From the NCBI GenBank assembly GCA_965250285.1, contig OZ252299.1, forward strand, positions 5,408,001 to 5,472,000: a stretch of 64,000 bases of DNA, given 5' to 3'. Below, one piece after another: positions 40,851 to 50,891 of this stretch. Source of the DNA: Myxococcota bacterium (GTDB taxonomy: Bacteria > Myxococcota_A > UBA9160 > UBA4427). Both the position numbers and the translations under genes were made by a program. How positions within the stretch are numbered: position 1 is the stretch's first letter; each line of letters opens with the position of its first letter. The notes beneath the pieces were generated by a model. It ran no database searches and had not been told where the DNA came from. It saw only the letters and a program-made list of their open reading frames with translations.

Positions 40851-42175
40851 CGCCCCTTCGTGAGCCGGCCGACGTCGATGAAGCGGCGGATCTTGCCCTT
40901 GCTGAGATCGGGCACCGAGTGCGCATCCCAGAACTCGATGCGGTTGCCCGTGCCGGTCTGCACGTTCACGATGATGTCCGACACGACGACCAGCGCGTTG
41001 GGCTCGGGGATCTCGCTCGAGCCGGGGAACCAGACGCCGGTCAGCGATTCATCCTGAGACCAGCGCTTCGCGTGCCAGATGATCTTCCACAGCTCGTCCT
41101 TGCGGTCGTACGCGAACGAGAAGTGGGGCACGAAGGTCTGCTGATCGATGTAGATGTCTTTGTACGAGTACGGGTGATCGTCGTTCTTCGGCGTCATGCG
41201 CACCTTCCATACGCGGCGCATCTCCCAGCGGTCGTCGGCGAACGACAGACCGAAGGGGCCGAAGCTCTGATCTTCTTCGTAGGGGTAGCCCGCGACGCGG
41301 GTGTTGCCCGGGGCGATCAGATCCATCTCGCCGAGGCACTCCCACTCGTACTGCGGGACGATGCCGTTGAAGCTGCGCAGGTCGTCCATCGTGAAGTCGG
41401 TGCCCGAGATCGAGTCGGTGCGCTGCGCCGTCGAGATGCGCCGCACCCGCCGCAGCGTCGGCACGTAGACCCACGTGTCGTCGTTGCGCGCCTCACTGCG
41501 CGGCTTGTCGGCCGTCTTGTAGCGGTAGGTCAGCAGCATGATGCCGCGGGCATCGAAGGGCGCGACGACCTCGACGCCCGAGGCCTCCTTGCGCTTTTCG
41601 TTGCGAAAGATGTCGCCGCCGTTGGCCTCGAGGTAGCTCGGCTCGATGCGGTGAGCGAGCTGGATGCCGCCGCCCGTGCCCTCGTAGTAGAGCGGCAGCT
41701 CTTCGCCGCGATCCCAGTACGAGTAGTAGAAGCTGGCCCGCCCGTTGCCGCCGCCCGATTGAAAGCTCCACAGGATCTTGACCCCCGCCTGCGGGTCGGT
41801 GGCGCAGTCGATCGTCTCGGGCGGAAACGCGCGCCCGGCGACGAAGCCCTCGAGGCTGTTGTCGGGGCCGATGCGCGCCTGGGCGTGATAGGCGTCGGTG
41901 GCCGCCTGCATCTGCTTCGACGGCGGGTAGTCGCGCTGCATCGGACCGATCTCGAGCTGCATGCCCTCGTAGAAGAAGAAGTCGCGGTTCACCCAGAACT
42001 CTTCGGGCAGGTAGGGCCGCAGCACGTCGACCTCATCGATGTCGATGATGTCGCCCTCTTTGAACGTCGGCCCCGACGCCGATGCGTCTTCTTCGGCCGC
42101 GCGGGCAGCGGGCGCGCCGGCGGCGGCAGCGAGCAGCATGAGGATCGACACGAATCGGGCAGCGCGATACGACAC
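40847..42175 (-). CDS. DUF1329 / LolA-like periplasmic protein
   Basis: DDTWVYVPTLRRVRRIS...GTDFTMDD...WEMRRVW...HPYSYKDIYID. Confidence 0.82.
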   Translation of the reverse strand: MSYRAARFVSILMLLAAAAGAPAARAAEEDASASGPTFKEGDIIDIDEVDVLRPYLPEEFWVNRDFFFYEGMQLEIGPMQRDYPPSKQMQAATDAYHAQARIGPDNSLEGFVAGRAFPPETIDCATDPQAGVKILWSFQSGGGNGRASFYYSYWDRGEELPLYYEGTGGGIQLAHRIEPSYLEANGGDIFRNEKRKEASGVEVVAPFDARGIMLLTYRYKTADKPRSEARNDDTWVYVPTLRRVRRISTAQRTDSISGTDFTMDDLRSFNGIVPQYEWECLGEMDLIAPGNTRVAGYPYEEDQSFGPFGLSFADDRWEMRRVWKVRMTPKNDDHPYSYKDIYIDQQTFVPHFSFAYDRKDELWKIIWHAKRWSQDESLTGVWFPGSSEIPEPNALVVVSDIIVNVQTGTGNRIEFWDAHSVPDLSKGKIRRFIDVGRLTKGR

Positions 42176-42260
42176 ACTCTTCTCCCGGGTGGGGACCGAG
42201 TCGGGGGGTTGGCCCGAGCGCGTTTCGGGCCGGAGGACGAACCGCCCCGCCCTGAAAAGA

Positions 42261-42280
42261 ATTAGAATACATATTCTAAT
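42261..42280. promoter_or_regulatory. AT-rich palindromic operator candidate
   Basis: ATTAGAATA-CA-TATTCTAAT, perfect 9-bp arms, ~85 bp upstream of the DUF1329 gene. Confidence 0.65.
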
Positions 42281-42304
42281 CCCAGGGCGTCGGCCTGCGC
42301 AAAC

Positions 42305-42340
42305 GAAAAACGCCCCGGTGCCGAAGCACCGGGGCGTTTC
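42305..42340 (-). terminator. Rho-independent terminator after the thiolase gene
   Basis: Minus strand: AAACGCCCCGGTGC-TTCG-GCACCGGGGCGTTTTT. Confidence 0.85.
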
Positions 42341-42372
42341 GTATTGCGTCGACGCGCGGCGTCGGGGTTCGG

Positions 42373-43608
42373 CTAGACGCCGACCACGAAGCTCACGCTG
42401 GTCGTGCCACTGCCGCCGATGTTGAGCGTCTGGCAGTTGCGCGCGCCTTCGACCTGATAGTCGCCGGCGGTGCCCGTCACCTGCTTGTGGCAGTCGAGCA
42501 GCTGGCGCACGCCGGTGGCGCCCACCGGGTGACCGGCGCCGATCAGGCCGCCGCTCGGGTTGATCGGGTACTTGCCGTCGATCTCGAGCCAGCCGGCCTC
42601 GACGGCCTTCCAGCTCTCGCCCGGCTTGGTGAGGCCGAAGTGATCGATCGCCATGTACTCGCTCGTGGTGAAGCAGTCGTGGGTCTCGATGGCGTCGACG
42701 TCATCGGGGCCCGCCATGCCGGCGCGCTCCCACGCGCTGGTGATGGTCGACCGAACGTGGGGCAGCACGTACTCGCTCTTCGCGCTCTCGGCGACCTTGT
42801 CGTCGAAGCGCAGGCGCGCCGTGTTGTGGCCCCAGCCCTTGATGCGGGGGATGTCTTCGAGCTTCATGCCCGTGCCCTTCGCCCACTTCTCGGCGTAGTC
42901 GCGCGAGGCGAGGAACACGCAGACGGCGCCGTCGGTCACCTGCGAGCAGTCGCTGATGCGCACGCGTCCGCCCACCGCCGGGTTGTCGTCGGTCTGCAGC
43001 AGCGCCTGCTCCTTGTTCATGTACCAGGTGCGCGTCTGGGCGTTCGGGTTCAGCTTGGCGTTGTCGTAGTTCAGCCGGCTGATCTCGGCGAGGTGCTCGT
43101 ACTTGAGCCCGTAGCGCTTGTCGTACTCGTCGCCGAGCCGACCGAAGAGCTTGGGGAACGGGAACTCGATGCCGTCGGCCTCTTCTTCGTACCACGCCGC
43201 GGTGCCGAGGTAGGCGCCGCCTTCCGATGCCGACACCGTCTTCATCTGCTCGATGCCGACGACGGCCTGCAGGTCGTAGCGACCGGCCTCGATCTCGGCG
43301 CCGGCCGAGAGCAGCGCGATCGAGCCCGAGGCGCAGGCGGCCTCGTGACGGCCCGTGGGCAGCCCGCTGAAGGCCGGGTCGACCTCGGTGAAGAACGCAC
43401 CGAGGTGGCCCTGCATGCAGTAGAGCTCGGCGGCGAAGTTGCCGACGTGTGCGCTCTCGACCTCTTCAGGGGCGATCTGCGTGGCCTCGAGGGCGCCGTG
43501 CACGCTCTCGCGCATCAGCGACGAGAAGTGCTTGCTCTCTTTGGTCCAGTTGCGGGCGAAGTCGGTCTGGTAGCCACCGAGCACGTAGACTTCGGATCCA
43601 GCAGCCAT
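42373..43608 (-). CDS. Thiolase (SCP2/non-specific lipid-transfer type)
   Basis: EAACASG, HDCFT, NPSGGLIGAGHPVGATG. Confidence 0.9.
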   Translation of the reverse strand: MAAGSEVYVLGGYQTDFARNWTKESKHFSSLMRESVHGALEATQIAPEEVESAHVGNFAAELYCMQGHLGAFFTEVDPAFSGLPTGRHEAACASGSIALLSAGAEIEAGRYDLQAVVGIEQMKTVSASEGGAYLGTAAWYEEEADGIEFPFPKLFGRLGDEYDKRYGLKYEHLAEISRLNYDNAKLNPNAQTRTWYMNKEQALLQTDDNPAVGGRVRISDCSQVTDGAVCVFLASRDYAEKWAKGTGMKLEDIPRIKGWGHNTARLRFDDKVAESAKSEYVLPHVRSTITSAWERAGMAGPDDVDAIETHDCFTTSEYMAIDHFGLTKPGESWKAVEAGWLEIDGKYPINPSGGLIGAGHPVGATGVRQLLDCHKQVTGTAGDYQVEGARNCQTLNIGGSGTTSVSFVVGV

Positions 43609-43646
43609 GTGAGTTTCCTCCGGTTCTCAGTTGATGAGAGGTGCGA

Positions 43647-44990
43647 TCAGCCCGCGACGAAGAATCGTCCGGTGTTGATGGTGGGGTGGTTGAAGAAGCG
43701 CTTGGGCTCGCCCGTCTGGGCCGCCTTCGTGAGCGCCTCGGGCACGGCCAGGCCGGCGCCTTCGATCATCTGCACGACCCCGTCGGCTCCGATCGTGTCG
43801 ACCAGCACCGACGGCGGCGCCCAGTTGAAGCCCATGCCCATGATGCGGTCGATGCCGTCGATGTCGTCGGTCACCTCGCCCACGCGGTGGAACGCGTAGG
43901 CGATGTAGCCGCCGATCACCTTGCGGGCGAGCGCCGCCTCGTCTCCCTCGGCGTGGAGGAAGATCTGCATGGCCTCTTCGTAGCGACCCTGGTGGTGCAG
44001 GTCGGCCACACGATCGATGTAGCCCAGGTCGGGCATCTCGATGTCGGCTTCGGGCGTGTAGTCGCCCGTCTTCGGGTCGAGCACCAGGCGGGTCTTCCCA
44101 TCTTTCTTGAAGAAGCCGCCCTTGGTCTTGTTGCCGAGCACGCCCTTGGCGATGAGGTCGGCCATGTAGCCCGGCAGCTTGTTCGTCTCGTGGGCCTCGT
44201 CGTTCGTGTTCTCGTACACGTTGTCGACGATGGCGCGGTGGATGTCCCACCCGACGAGGTCGATCGTCGCGAGCGGCGTCAGCGCGCGCCCCGTGTACGG
44301 GCCCACGATGCGGTCGACCAGCGCGGGGCTGATCTGCTCGGCGAGCTGCGCGCACTCGTTCAGCAGCTTGAACCCGACGCGGTTGCCCGCGAACGCCGGC
44401 GTGTCGTGCGTGCGAATCATCTCGCGGCCGAGCTTCACGCGCGAGAACACGTCGATGAAGTCGACGAGCGCCGGATCGGTGTCGTTGCCGGCGATCAGCT
44501 CGGTGCCGACGATGACGTTCGGCGGGTTGAAGAAGTGCAGGCCCATGAACGACTTGCGGAAGCTGTCGCCGCGGCCCTCACAGAGCGAGTTGATCGACAG
44601 ACCCGAGGTCACGGTCGCCACGATCGAGTCGTCGCGGCGCGCCTTCTCGACGCGGTCGAACATGTCCTTCTTGATCGCGAAGTCTTCGGTGAGCGCCTCG
44701 AAGACGATGTCGGCCTCGCTGACGGCCTTCTCGAGGTCGTCTTCGTAGTTGCCGACCTTCGCGCGCGAGGCCACGGTGGGCGAGCGCACCTGACCGATGG
44801 CGCCGTCGAGGCCCTCCTGGGCCTTCTCGGTGGTGCGAGCGAGGAACGTCACCTCGGGCACGGCCGTCGTGAACAGCGCGGCGCTGCCGAAGCCCATCGT
44901 GCCGTTCGCGCCGAGCACGACGACCTTCTTGATCTCGCGACTGGCGAGGATCTTGCGCGCCTCGGCGCCAGTGGGGGATGCATTGCTCAT
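43647..44990 (-). CDS. 3-hydroxyacyl-CoA dehydrogenase family protein
   Basis: GANGTMG, EALTEDFAIK, TSGL, GLHFFNPP, AFAGNR, DLVGWD. Confidence 0.88.
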   Translation of the reverse strand: MSNASPTGAEARKILASREIKKVVVLGANGTMGFGSAALFTTAVPEVTFLARTTEKAQEGLDGAIGQVRSPTVASRAKVGNYEDDLEKAVSEADIVFEALTEDFAIKKDMFDRVEKARRDDSIVATVTSGLSINSLCEGRGDSFRKSFMGLHFFNPPNVIVGTELIAGNDTDPALVDFIDVFSRVKLGREMIRTHDTPAFAGNRVGFKLLNECAQLAEQISPALVDRIVGPYTGRALTPLATIDLVGWDIHRAIVDNVYENTNDEAHETNKLPGYMADLIAKGVLGNKTKGGFFKKDGKTRLVLDPKTGDYTPEADIEMPDLGYIDRVADLHHQGRYEEAMQIFLHAEGDEAALARKVIGGYIAYAFHRVGEVTDDIDGIDRIMGMGFNWAPPSVLVDTIGADGVVQMIEGAGLAVPEALTKAAQTGEPKRFFNHPTINTGRFFVAG

Positions 44991-45616
44991 GGGGCTCTCG
45001 TCTCTCTCTGACTGGGTCGATCCCGGCTCGATCGCCGTCGTGATCGAGGGGGCTCGACGGAAGGGGGCTCCACACAGGAGTGCCTGGGTGAGTGTGCGAA
45101 TCCGTGCCGCAGGTGTCTGGATTGTCGGGACAAGAGCAGACGTCGTAGATGCTGCCCCGAGCTTTCAGTCTCACTGTACGGATCCACGAGGGGCCGCTGC
45201 GCCGCGAGCATGGCCCCGGCGATCCGGATCCAGACCTGGACACGGTGCGTCACGGGGGGCGAGCTCGAAGCTGGACGGCAGCGGCTGGCGCCGGGATCCG
45301 ACACACCAGCCGCGCACCCCGGCACGCGAGGCCTTCGCGGGCGGGGGCCCGTCATTGTGAGGCATGTGGGGCCGAGGTCAAGGCGCGAAAGCCATTGTCT
45401 CGCCTTGCGATTTTGGCGGAGCGGTCGGGCCCGCCGCGGCGCGGATGAGCCCCGCTGGGCCGGTCGGCGCGGGTGGCGGAGCAGTCGGGAAGAGCTCGGC
45501 GAGGCGCGCTGCCCCCTGGGGCTCGTGTGGAGACGAGCCGCTCGAGCATGCGGCTGTGCCGGCTCGGATACACTTGGGTGGCGCCCGAACGCTCGTTTCA
45601 ACGAAGGAGCGCCACG

Positions 45617-46552
45617 ATGACCCGACGAGCCCCCTCGCCCCACCCAGGCAAGCCCTTCCTTCTCTTTCCTGTTTCTCTTCCTTCTTTCTCTCTGCTGTTT
45701 CTTTCTTCTCTTTCCGCTCGCCCGCCTCGGCCGCGATCGGCGCCGCGCGCCGCGCCTCGCTCGACCCGAGCCGGTCGCCGGGCGGCCGGGCCCGGGCGAT
45801 GCGCCGCGCTCGCCTCGGCCGCGCTCGTGCTGGGGGCCCCCGCGGCCGCCGCGGGTGGCATCGACCGCGCCCAGGCGAATGCGATCGTCGCGTCGCCCGA
45901 TCGCAGCGTCGAAGATCGGCGCCGCGACATCCACCGACGCCCCGACGAGTTTCTCGTGTTCGCCCAGATCGGGCCCGGCATGTCGGCGGCCGACATCGGC
46001 GCGGGCGACGGCTACACGACCGAGCTGCTCGCGCGGGCCGTGGGCCCCGACGGCACCGTGTACGGCCACAACTCGCCCTTCGTCGTCGAGCGCTTCGTGA
46101 GCGAGAGCTGGCCGGCGCGGCTCGCGAAGCCCGTGAACGCGAACGTCGTGCGCGTCGATGCCCGGGTCGAAGACCCGCTGCCCCGCAGCACGAAGGGCCT
46201 CGACGTCGTCACGATGATCTTCACCTACCACGACACCTATCTCACGCGGCTCGGCGACTTCGATCACAAGCTCTATCTTCGACGCTTCTACAAGATGATG
46301 AAGCCCGGCGGTCGGATCATCGTGATCGACCACCGCGCGAAAGAGGGCGAACGGGGCCCCGAGGTCGCCGACGAGCTGCACCGCATCGACGAGGGCCTGG
46401 TCGTCAAAGATTTCGAGGCCGCCGGCTTCGAGCTCGATGCGACGGCCGACTTCATGGCGCACGCGGAGGATCCGCGTGAGCAGCCCTTCTTCGAGATGGA
46501 TCAGCCCACCGACGCCTTCGTGCACCGGTGGGTTCGCCCCGTGTCGAAGTAG
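45617..46552 (+). CDS. Secreted class I SAM-dependent methyltransferase
   Basis: DRRRDIHRRPDEFL, ADIGAGDGYTTELL, YHD, KPGG, HRID; AAGGAG RBS before ATG 45617. Confidence 0.82.
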   Translation: MTRRAPSPHPGKPFLLFPVSLPSFSLLFLSSLSARPPRPRSAPRAAPRSTRAGRRAAGPGRCAALASAALVLGAPAAAAGGIDRAQANAIVASPDRSVEDRRRDIHRRPDEFLVFAQIGPGMSAADIGAGDGYTTELLARAVGPDGTVYGHNSPFVVERFVSESWPARLAKPVNANVVRVDARVEDPLPRSTKGLDVVTMIFTYHDTYLTRLGDFDHKLYLRRFYKMMKPGGRIIVIDHRAKEGERGPEVADELHRIDEGLVVKDFEAAGFELDATADFMAHAEDPREQPFFEMDQPTDAFVHRWVRPVSK

Positions 46553-46603
46553 CATCGCGGGGCGAAGCAAGGCCGCGCCGCGGGATCGGGAGCGTTCGAA
46601 GAC

Positions 46604-47122
46604 GTGGATCTGGCAACGCTCGCGAATCTCGCCGAGGTGCTCGGCGCGACGACGATCATCGGCGGTGCGGTGTTCGCGCTGCTGCAGGTGCGCGAGTTTC
46701 GCGAGCAGCGGCGTCAGTCGGTCGCGGTCGAGCTCGCGCGCACGTTTCAGAGCCCCGAGCTGGTGCGGGCGCTCAACATGGTGCGCTCGTTGCCCGACGG
46801 CATCTCGGCGGCCGACCTGCGGGCGCGCGGCGCCGAGTACGAGGATGCGGCGCTGAGCGTCGCGCTGACGCACGAGACCATCGCGGTGCTGATCCACGAG
46901 CGGCTCGCTTCGTTCGACATGGTGCGTGAGCTCTTTGGGGGGATGGTCTGCGTGACCCACCGCAAGCTCGCGCAGTGGCTCGAGGACGTGCGCGTCGAGC
47001 AGAGCCAGCCTTCGTGGGGCGAATGGTCGCAGTGGCTCGCCGAGCAGATGGAGCGCGAGTCGTCGAGCAAAGAGGCGAACCCGGCGCACGTTCGCGAAGC
47101 GCACTGGCGGCCGCACCGATAG
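46604..47122 (+). CDS. Hypothetical membrane-anchored helical protein (DUF4760-like)
   Basis: N-terminal TM; ETIAVLIH...WGEWSQWLAE. Confidence 0.6.
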   Translation: MDLATLANLAEVLGATTIIGGAVFALLQVREFREQRRQSVAVELARTFQSPELVRALNMVRSLPDGISAADLRARGAEYEDAALSVALTHETIAVLIHERLASFDMVRELFGGMVCVTHRKLAQWLEDVRVEQSQPSWGEWSQWLAEQMERESSSKEANPAHVREAHWRPHR

Positions 47123-47186
47123 CGCGCGCTAAGCGGCCTCGGGCCCCGTCGCGTCGTGCCGAGCGCGGTGCGAGTAGAGGATCGAC

Positions 47187-49136
47187 ATGGCCATCACGCA
47201 ACACGGACCCGAGCGATTGATCGACCAGGGCGTCGGCCCCGACAACGTGGCGTCGGCACACCGGCTGATCCGGGTGCTGCTCGCCGAATCGCCTGCGCGC
47301 AACTGGTGCGATCTCGTCACGCTGTATCGCCACGGCCCCGAAGAGGGCGGGGCGGGCGGGGCCTACGAGGTGTGGTCGCGCCGCGGGATGGTGCGCTTTC
47401 GGCGCATCATCGACGGGGCGGGCGAGCTCGGCTTCGAGGTGCTCGAGGTCGTCGGCGAGAACCCGATCGAAGATCAGCGCGAAGACGCGCTGCGCACGCT
47501 CGAAGAAGAGAAGGCGGCCGCGCGCGCGTCGGGCTTCGACGCCGACGATGCGCGGCGTCGCTTCATCGAGACCGAGCACCAGAGCTATCCCTTCGGCTAC
47601 GAGCGCATCACCCAGCTCTTCGACTCGCCGAACGCGCCCGATCTCGCGCTGTCGTCGAAGGATTGGTGCCTCGGGCTGCAGCCCGGCCAGCACGGCGCGC
47701 TGCACGTGCGCCAGGCGCGCGCCCCGCTCTGGCTGGTGGGCCGCGGCGTGAAGCACGGCCGGCACGACCTCGCGGCCCGCGAGGTCGACATCGCGCCGAC
47801 CGTGCTCGCGGCGCTCGGCTTTCCGAAGATCGACGGTCGCGACGCGACCGGGCGCACCTCGAGCGAACGCGGCGCGGCGCCCGACGTGCTGCTCGCGCGG
47901 CAGGACGGGCGCGTGATCGACGAGGTGCTCGATGCGAGCGGCCCCGCGCCGAAGTACGCCTACGTGCTGCTGCTCGACGGCCTGCACCCGACCGCGCTCG
48001 AAGAGCTGCTCGCAACGCAGCCGGGGCGCTACCCGAACCTGCTCGGGCTGCGCGCACGGGCGGCCGTCTTCGAGTCGGGCCAGATCGTGAACTTTCCGTC
48101 GATCACGTGGCCGAGTCACACGGCGCTCGGCACCGGCAGCTGGTGCGGTCACCACGACGTCGTCAACCCGAGCTACTACCTGCGCGAGAAGCGCGAAGCC
48201 GTGTCGCCCCAGGGTCAGCAGGTGCACACCGAGGGCTTCTCGAACCGCGGCGTCGAGAGCCTCTACGAGGCGTTCGCGCGGGTGCGGGGCGAGGGCTGCG
48301 TGACCGCGGCGATTCACGCGCCCTTTGGACGCAGCGCGAGCCATGCCGTGCTCGAGGGCCGCAACCTCGGCGACAAGGCGCGCCTCAAGGCGCTCACCGC
48401 GCAGCTTCGCGCCGACGAGAGCCCACGCTGGACCGACGACGCGAACGAAGACGCAGCGAAGGAGTCGCGGCTCGACTCGCGCGGGATGGCGCAGGTGATC
48501 GACCTGTTCGAACGCGACGACGTGGCGTCGCCCGACTTCGTCTATCACGAGCTGATCATCACCGACGGCGTCGGCCACGAGTATGGTCCGCACGGCGACG
48601 CCCTCGCCGATGCGCTCGCCGAGGGTGACGTGCGCATCGGCCGGCTGCTCGATCTGCTCGAAGCCAAGGGCCGGCTCGACGACACGCTCTTCGTGCTGAC
48701 GGCCGACCACGGCATGGCGCCGCAAGACCCGTCGCTCGAGGCCAACAGCGCGCAGCAGGCCAAGGCCCACGGGTTCGCGTGCTTCGTCGACGAGTCGATG
48801 GTCTGGCTGCACGACCTGCACGTCGAGATCGAACGCGCCCCCGACGGCCGCACCGGCCGGGTGCTCGTGTTCGAGAGCGACCGCGACCCGGCCGGCGAGC
48901 GGCCGGCGCTCGAAGGCGCGCGGGTGCGGGTGACACACGAGCGCGACGGCGAGCTCGTCGATGCGCTGGCCCAGGGTACGACCGTCGCCGGCGGCGCCTA
49001 TGGCTTTGCCACCCCGGCGACGGTCGCGAGCGATGAGATCTTCGTCGAGATCGAGTGCGAGGGGTTCAACGCGCGGCGGCTGCGGCTCGACGGTGCCGAG
49101 GACGTGCTCGACCTGCGCGCGGTGCTCTTTGGTTGA
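47187..49136 (+). CDS. Alkaline-phosphatase-superfamily (NPP-like) enzyme, apparently circularly permuted
   Basis: LLDGL, FPSITWPSH, DGVGHEYGP and TADHG, preceded by GQHG...DIAPT...DGR. Confidence 0.82.
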   Translation: MAITQHGPERLIDQGVGPDNVASAHRLIRVLLAESPARNWCDLVTLYRHGPEEGGAGGAYEVWSRRGMVRFRRIIDGAGELGFEVLEVVGENPIEDQREDALRTLEEEKAAARASGFDADDARRRFIETEHQSYPFGYERITQLFDSPNAPDLALSSKDWCLGLQPGQHGALHVRQARAPLWLVGRGVKHGRHDLAAREVDIAPTVLAALGFPKIDGRDATGRTSSERGAAPDVLLARQDGRVIDEVLDASGPAPKYAYVLLLDGLHPTALEELLATQPGRYPNLLGLRARAAVFESGQIVNFPSITWPSHTALGTGSWCGHHDVVNPSYYLREKREAVSPQGQQVHTEGFSNRGVESLYEAFARVRGEGCVTAAIHAPFGRSASHAVLEGRNLGDKARLKALTAQLRADESPRWTDDANEDAAKESRLDSRGMAQVIDLFERDDVASPDFVYHELIITDGVGHEYGPHGDALADALAEGDVRIGRLLDLLEAKGRLDDTLFVLTADHGMAPQDPSLEANSAQQAKAHGFACFVDESMVWLHDLHVEIERAPDGRTGRVLVFESDRDPAGERPALEGARVRVTHERDGELVDALAQGTTVAGGAYGFATPATVASDEIFVEIECEGFNARRLRLDGAEDVLDLRAVLFG

Positions 49137-49328
49137 GGCCCGCCGCGCGCGGATCGACCCGCCGGCCGCCCGCTAGCTTGCCCACATGAATCTGGACATG
49201 CGGGTCGTGGGCACCCGGGCGGGGCCGCCTCGATCGCCCCGTGTGCCGGCCGCGTCTTCTCTCTACACTGCCCCCTCCGCCGGTGCGCGCCCGCAGGTGT
49301 GCCCCACTCGAGGAGCCCCGACCCCCCG

Positions 49329-50885
49329 ATGATCTCCCGCCGCTGCGCGCTCCCCCTGGCCGTGCTCGCCTGCACCTGGCTCGTGGCCTGTCGCGAGAAC
49401 ACCTACGTCGCACCGCCGCCCCCCGCGGTCACCGTGCAGCTGCCGGTGGTGCAGGACGTGATCGACTATCTCGAGTACACCGGGCGCACCCGCGCCGTCG
49501 AGTCGGTGCAGATCGAGGCGCGCGTGCAGGGCTATCTGCAGAGCATGCACTACACGCCGGGCACCGACGTGAAGAAGGGCGACCTGCTCTTCGTCATCGA
49601 CCCCGAACCGTTCGAGGTCGACGTCGCTGCGAAGCAGGCCGAGCTCTCGAGCCGGCGCGCTGAGGCGGCGCTCGCCAAGACGAGCTTCGAGCGCTCGCGC
49701 CAGCTCTATAGACAGAAGGCGACGAGCGAGATCGAGTATCTGCGCTTCAAGGCCGAGCGCGACAAGGCCGACGCCGCCGTCGCCGCCGCCGAGTCGGCGC
49801 TGTCGGACGCACAGCTGAACCTCGACTACGCCTATGTGAAGTCGCCCATCGACGGTCGCGCGGGGCGGCATCGCGTCGACCTCGGCAACCTCGTCGGGGC
49901 CGGCGAGACGACGCTGCTGACCGACGTCGTCGACTACTCGCCGCTCTTCGTCTACTTCCAGATCAGCGAGATCGACGTGCTGCGCGTGCAGCGCCGGATT
50001 CAGGCCGAGAACGCGCGGCGCGAGGCCGAAGGCGGCCAGATGCGCACGAACGGCGCGGCGGGAGCGGGCAGCACCGACGCGACCGCAGCCGAGCTGGCTC
50101 GTTCGGACGCGCCGATGACCGATGGCATGGAGCCCGAGGGCAAGGCGCCGCCCTCGCGGCCCGTCGACGCCGAGCCGCCCGACGACGAGTCACTCGAACC
50201 CTCGGAGCACGGCTACGAGGCAAGCGGCGGCACGCGCTACGGCCGCTCGCCGAGCCCGGGCGTGCCGCCGGTCGAGGTCGGCCTCGCCGACGAAGAGGGC
50301 TACCCGCACAAGGGGTTTCTCGACTTCGCCGACTCGCAGATCGACTCGGCGACGGGCACCCTCGAGCTGCGGGGCGTGCTCGAGAACGAGGGCGAGTTCG
50401 AAGACATCATCATGCCCGGCTCGTTCACGCGGGTGCGCATCCCGGTGGGTCGATTCGAAGACGCCATGCTCGTGCCCGACCGGGCGCTCGGCACCGATCA
50501 GGGCGGGCGCTTCGTGTTCGTCGTCGGCGACGGCGATCTCGTCGAGCAGCGCTACGTCGAGGTGGGCGGCACGTACGAAGACATGCGGCGCATCGTCTCG
50601 GGCCTGGCGCCGACCGAGCGGGTGGTCGTGAACGGCATTCAGCGCGCGCGCCCGGGCGCCGCGGTCGCGCCCGAGCTCGTCGAGGGCCGGCGCCTGCCCG
50701 AGCCGCCGCCGACCGTCTTGCCCGAGGACGCGCGCGAGCCCGAGCCCATGCCACCGGCCGAGGTCGAGCCGGGGCCGCCGCCGAGCGACGCCGACACTCC
50801 GACGCCGGCGGGCGAAACGAGCCCGAGCGACGCCGCGCCGTCGGCGTCCGACGCCGCGCCCGCAACGACCGCGAGCGGAGCGTAG
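49329..50885 (+). CDS. RND efflux membrane-fusion protein (lipoprotein)
   Basis: Lipobox LVAC; VKKGDLLFVIDP, LNLDYAYVKSPIDG, DSATGTLELRG. Confidence 0.9.
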   Translation: MISRRCALPLAVLACTWLVACRENTYVAPPPPAVTVQLPVVQDVIDYLEYTGRTRAVESVQIEARVQGYLQSMHYTPGTDVKKGDLLFVIDPEPFEVDVAAKQAELSSRRAEAALAKTSFERSRQLYRQKATSEIEYLRFKAERDKADAAVAAAESALSDAQLNLDYAYVKSPIDGRAGRHRVDLGNLVGAGETTLLTDVVDYSPLFVYFQISEIDVLRVQRRIQAENARREAEGGQMRTNGAAGAGSTDATAAELARSDAPMTDGMEPEGKAPPSRPVDAEPPDDESLEPSEHGYEASGGTRYGRSPSPGVPPVEVGLADEEGYPHKGFLDFADSQIDSATGTLELRGVLENEGEFEDIIMPGSFTRVRIPVGRFEDAMLVPDRALGTDQGGRFVFVVGDGDLVEQRYVEVGGTYEDMRRIVSGLAPTERVVVNGIQRARPGAAVAPELVEGRRLPEPPPTVLPEDAREPEPMPPAEVEPGPPPSDADTPTPAGETSPSDAAPSASDAAPATTASGA

Positions 50886-50891
50886 CCGGGC

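Noticed and set aside
44991..45616. Riboswitch or ncRNA in long intergenic gaps (also 21434-21878, 24811-25290, 33873-34303)
   Set aside because: GC-rich hairpins are possible but I recognise no family motif; an Rfam scan is needed. No tRNA or rRNA seen in the window.
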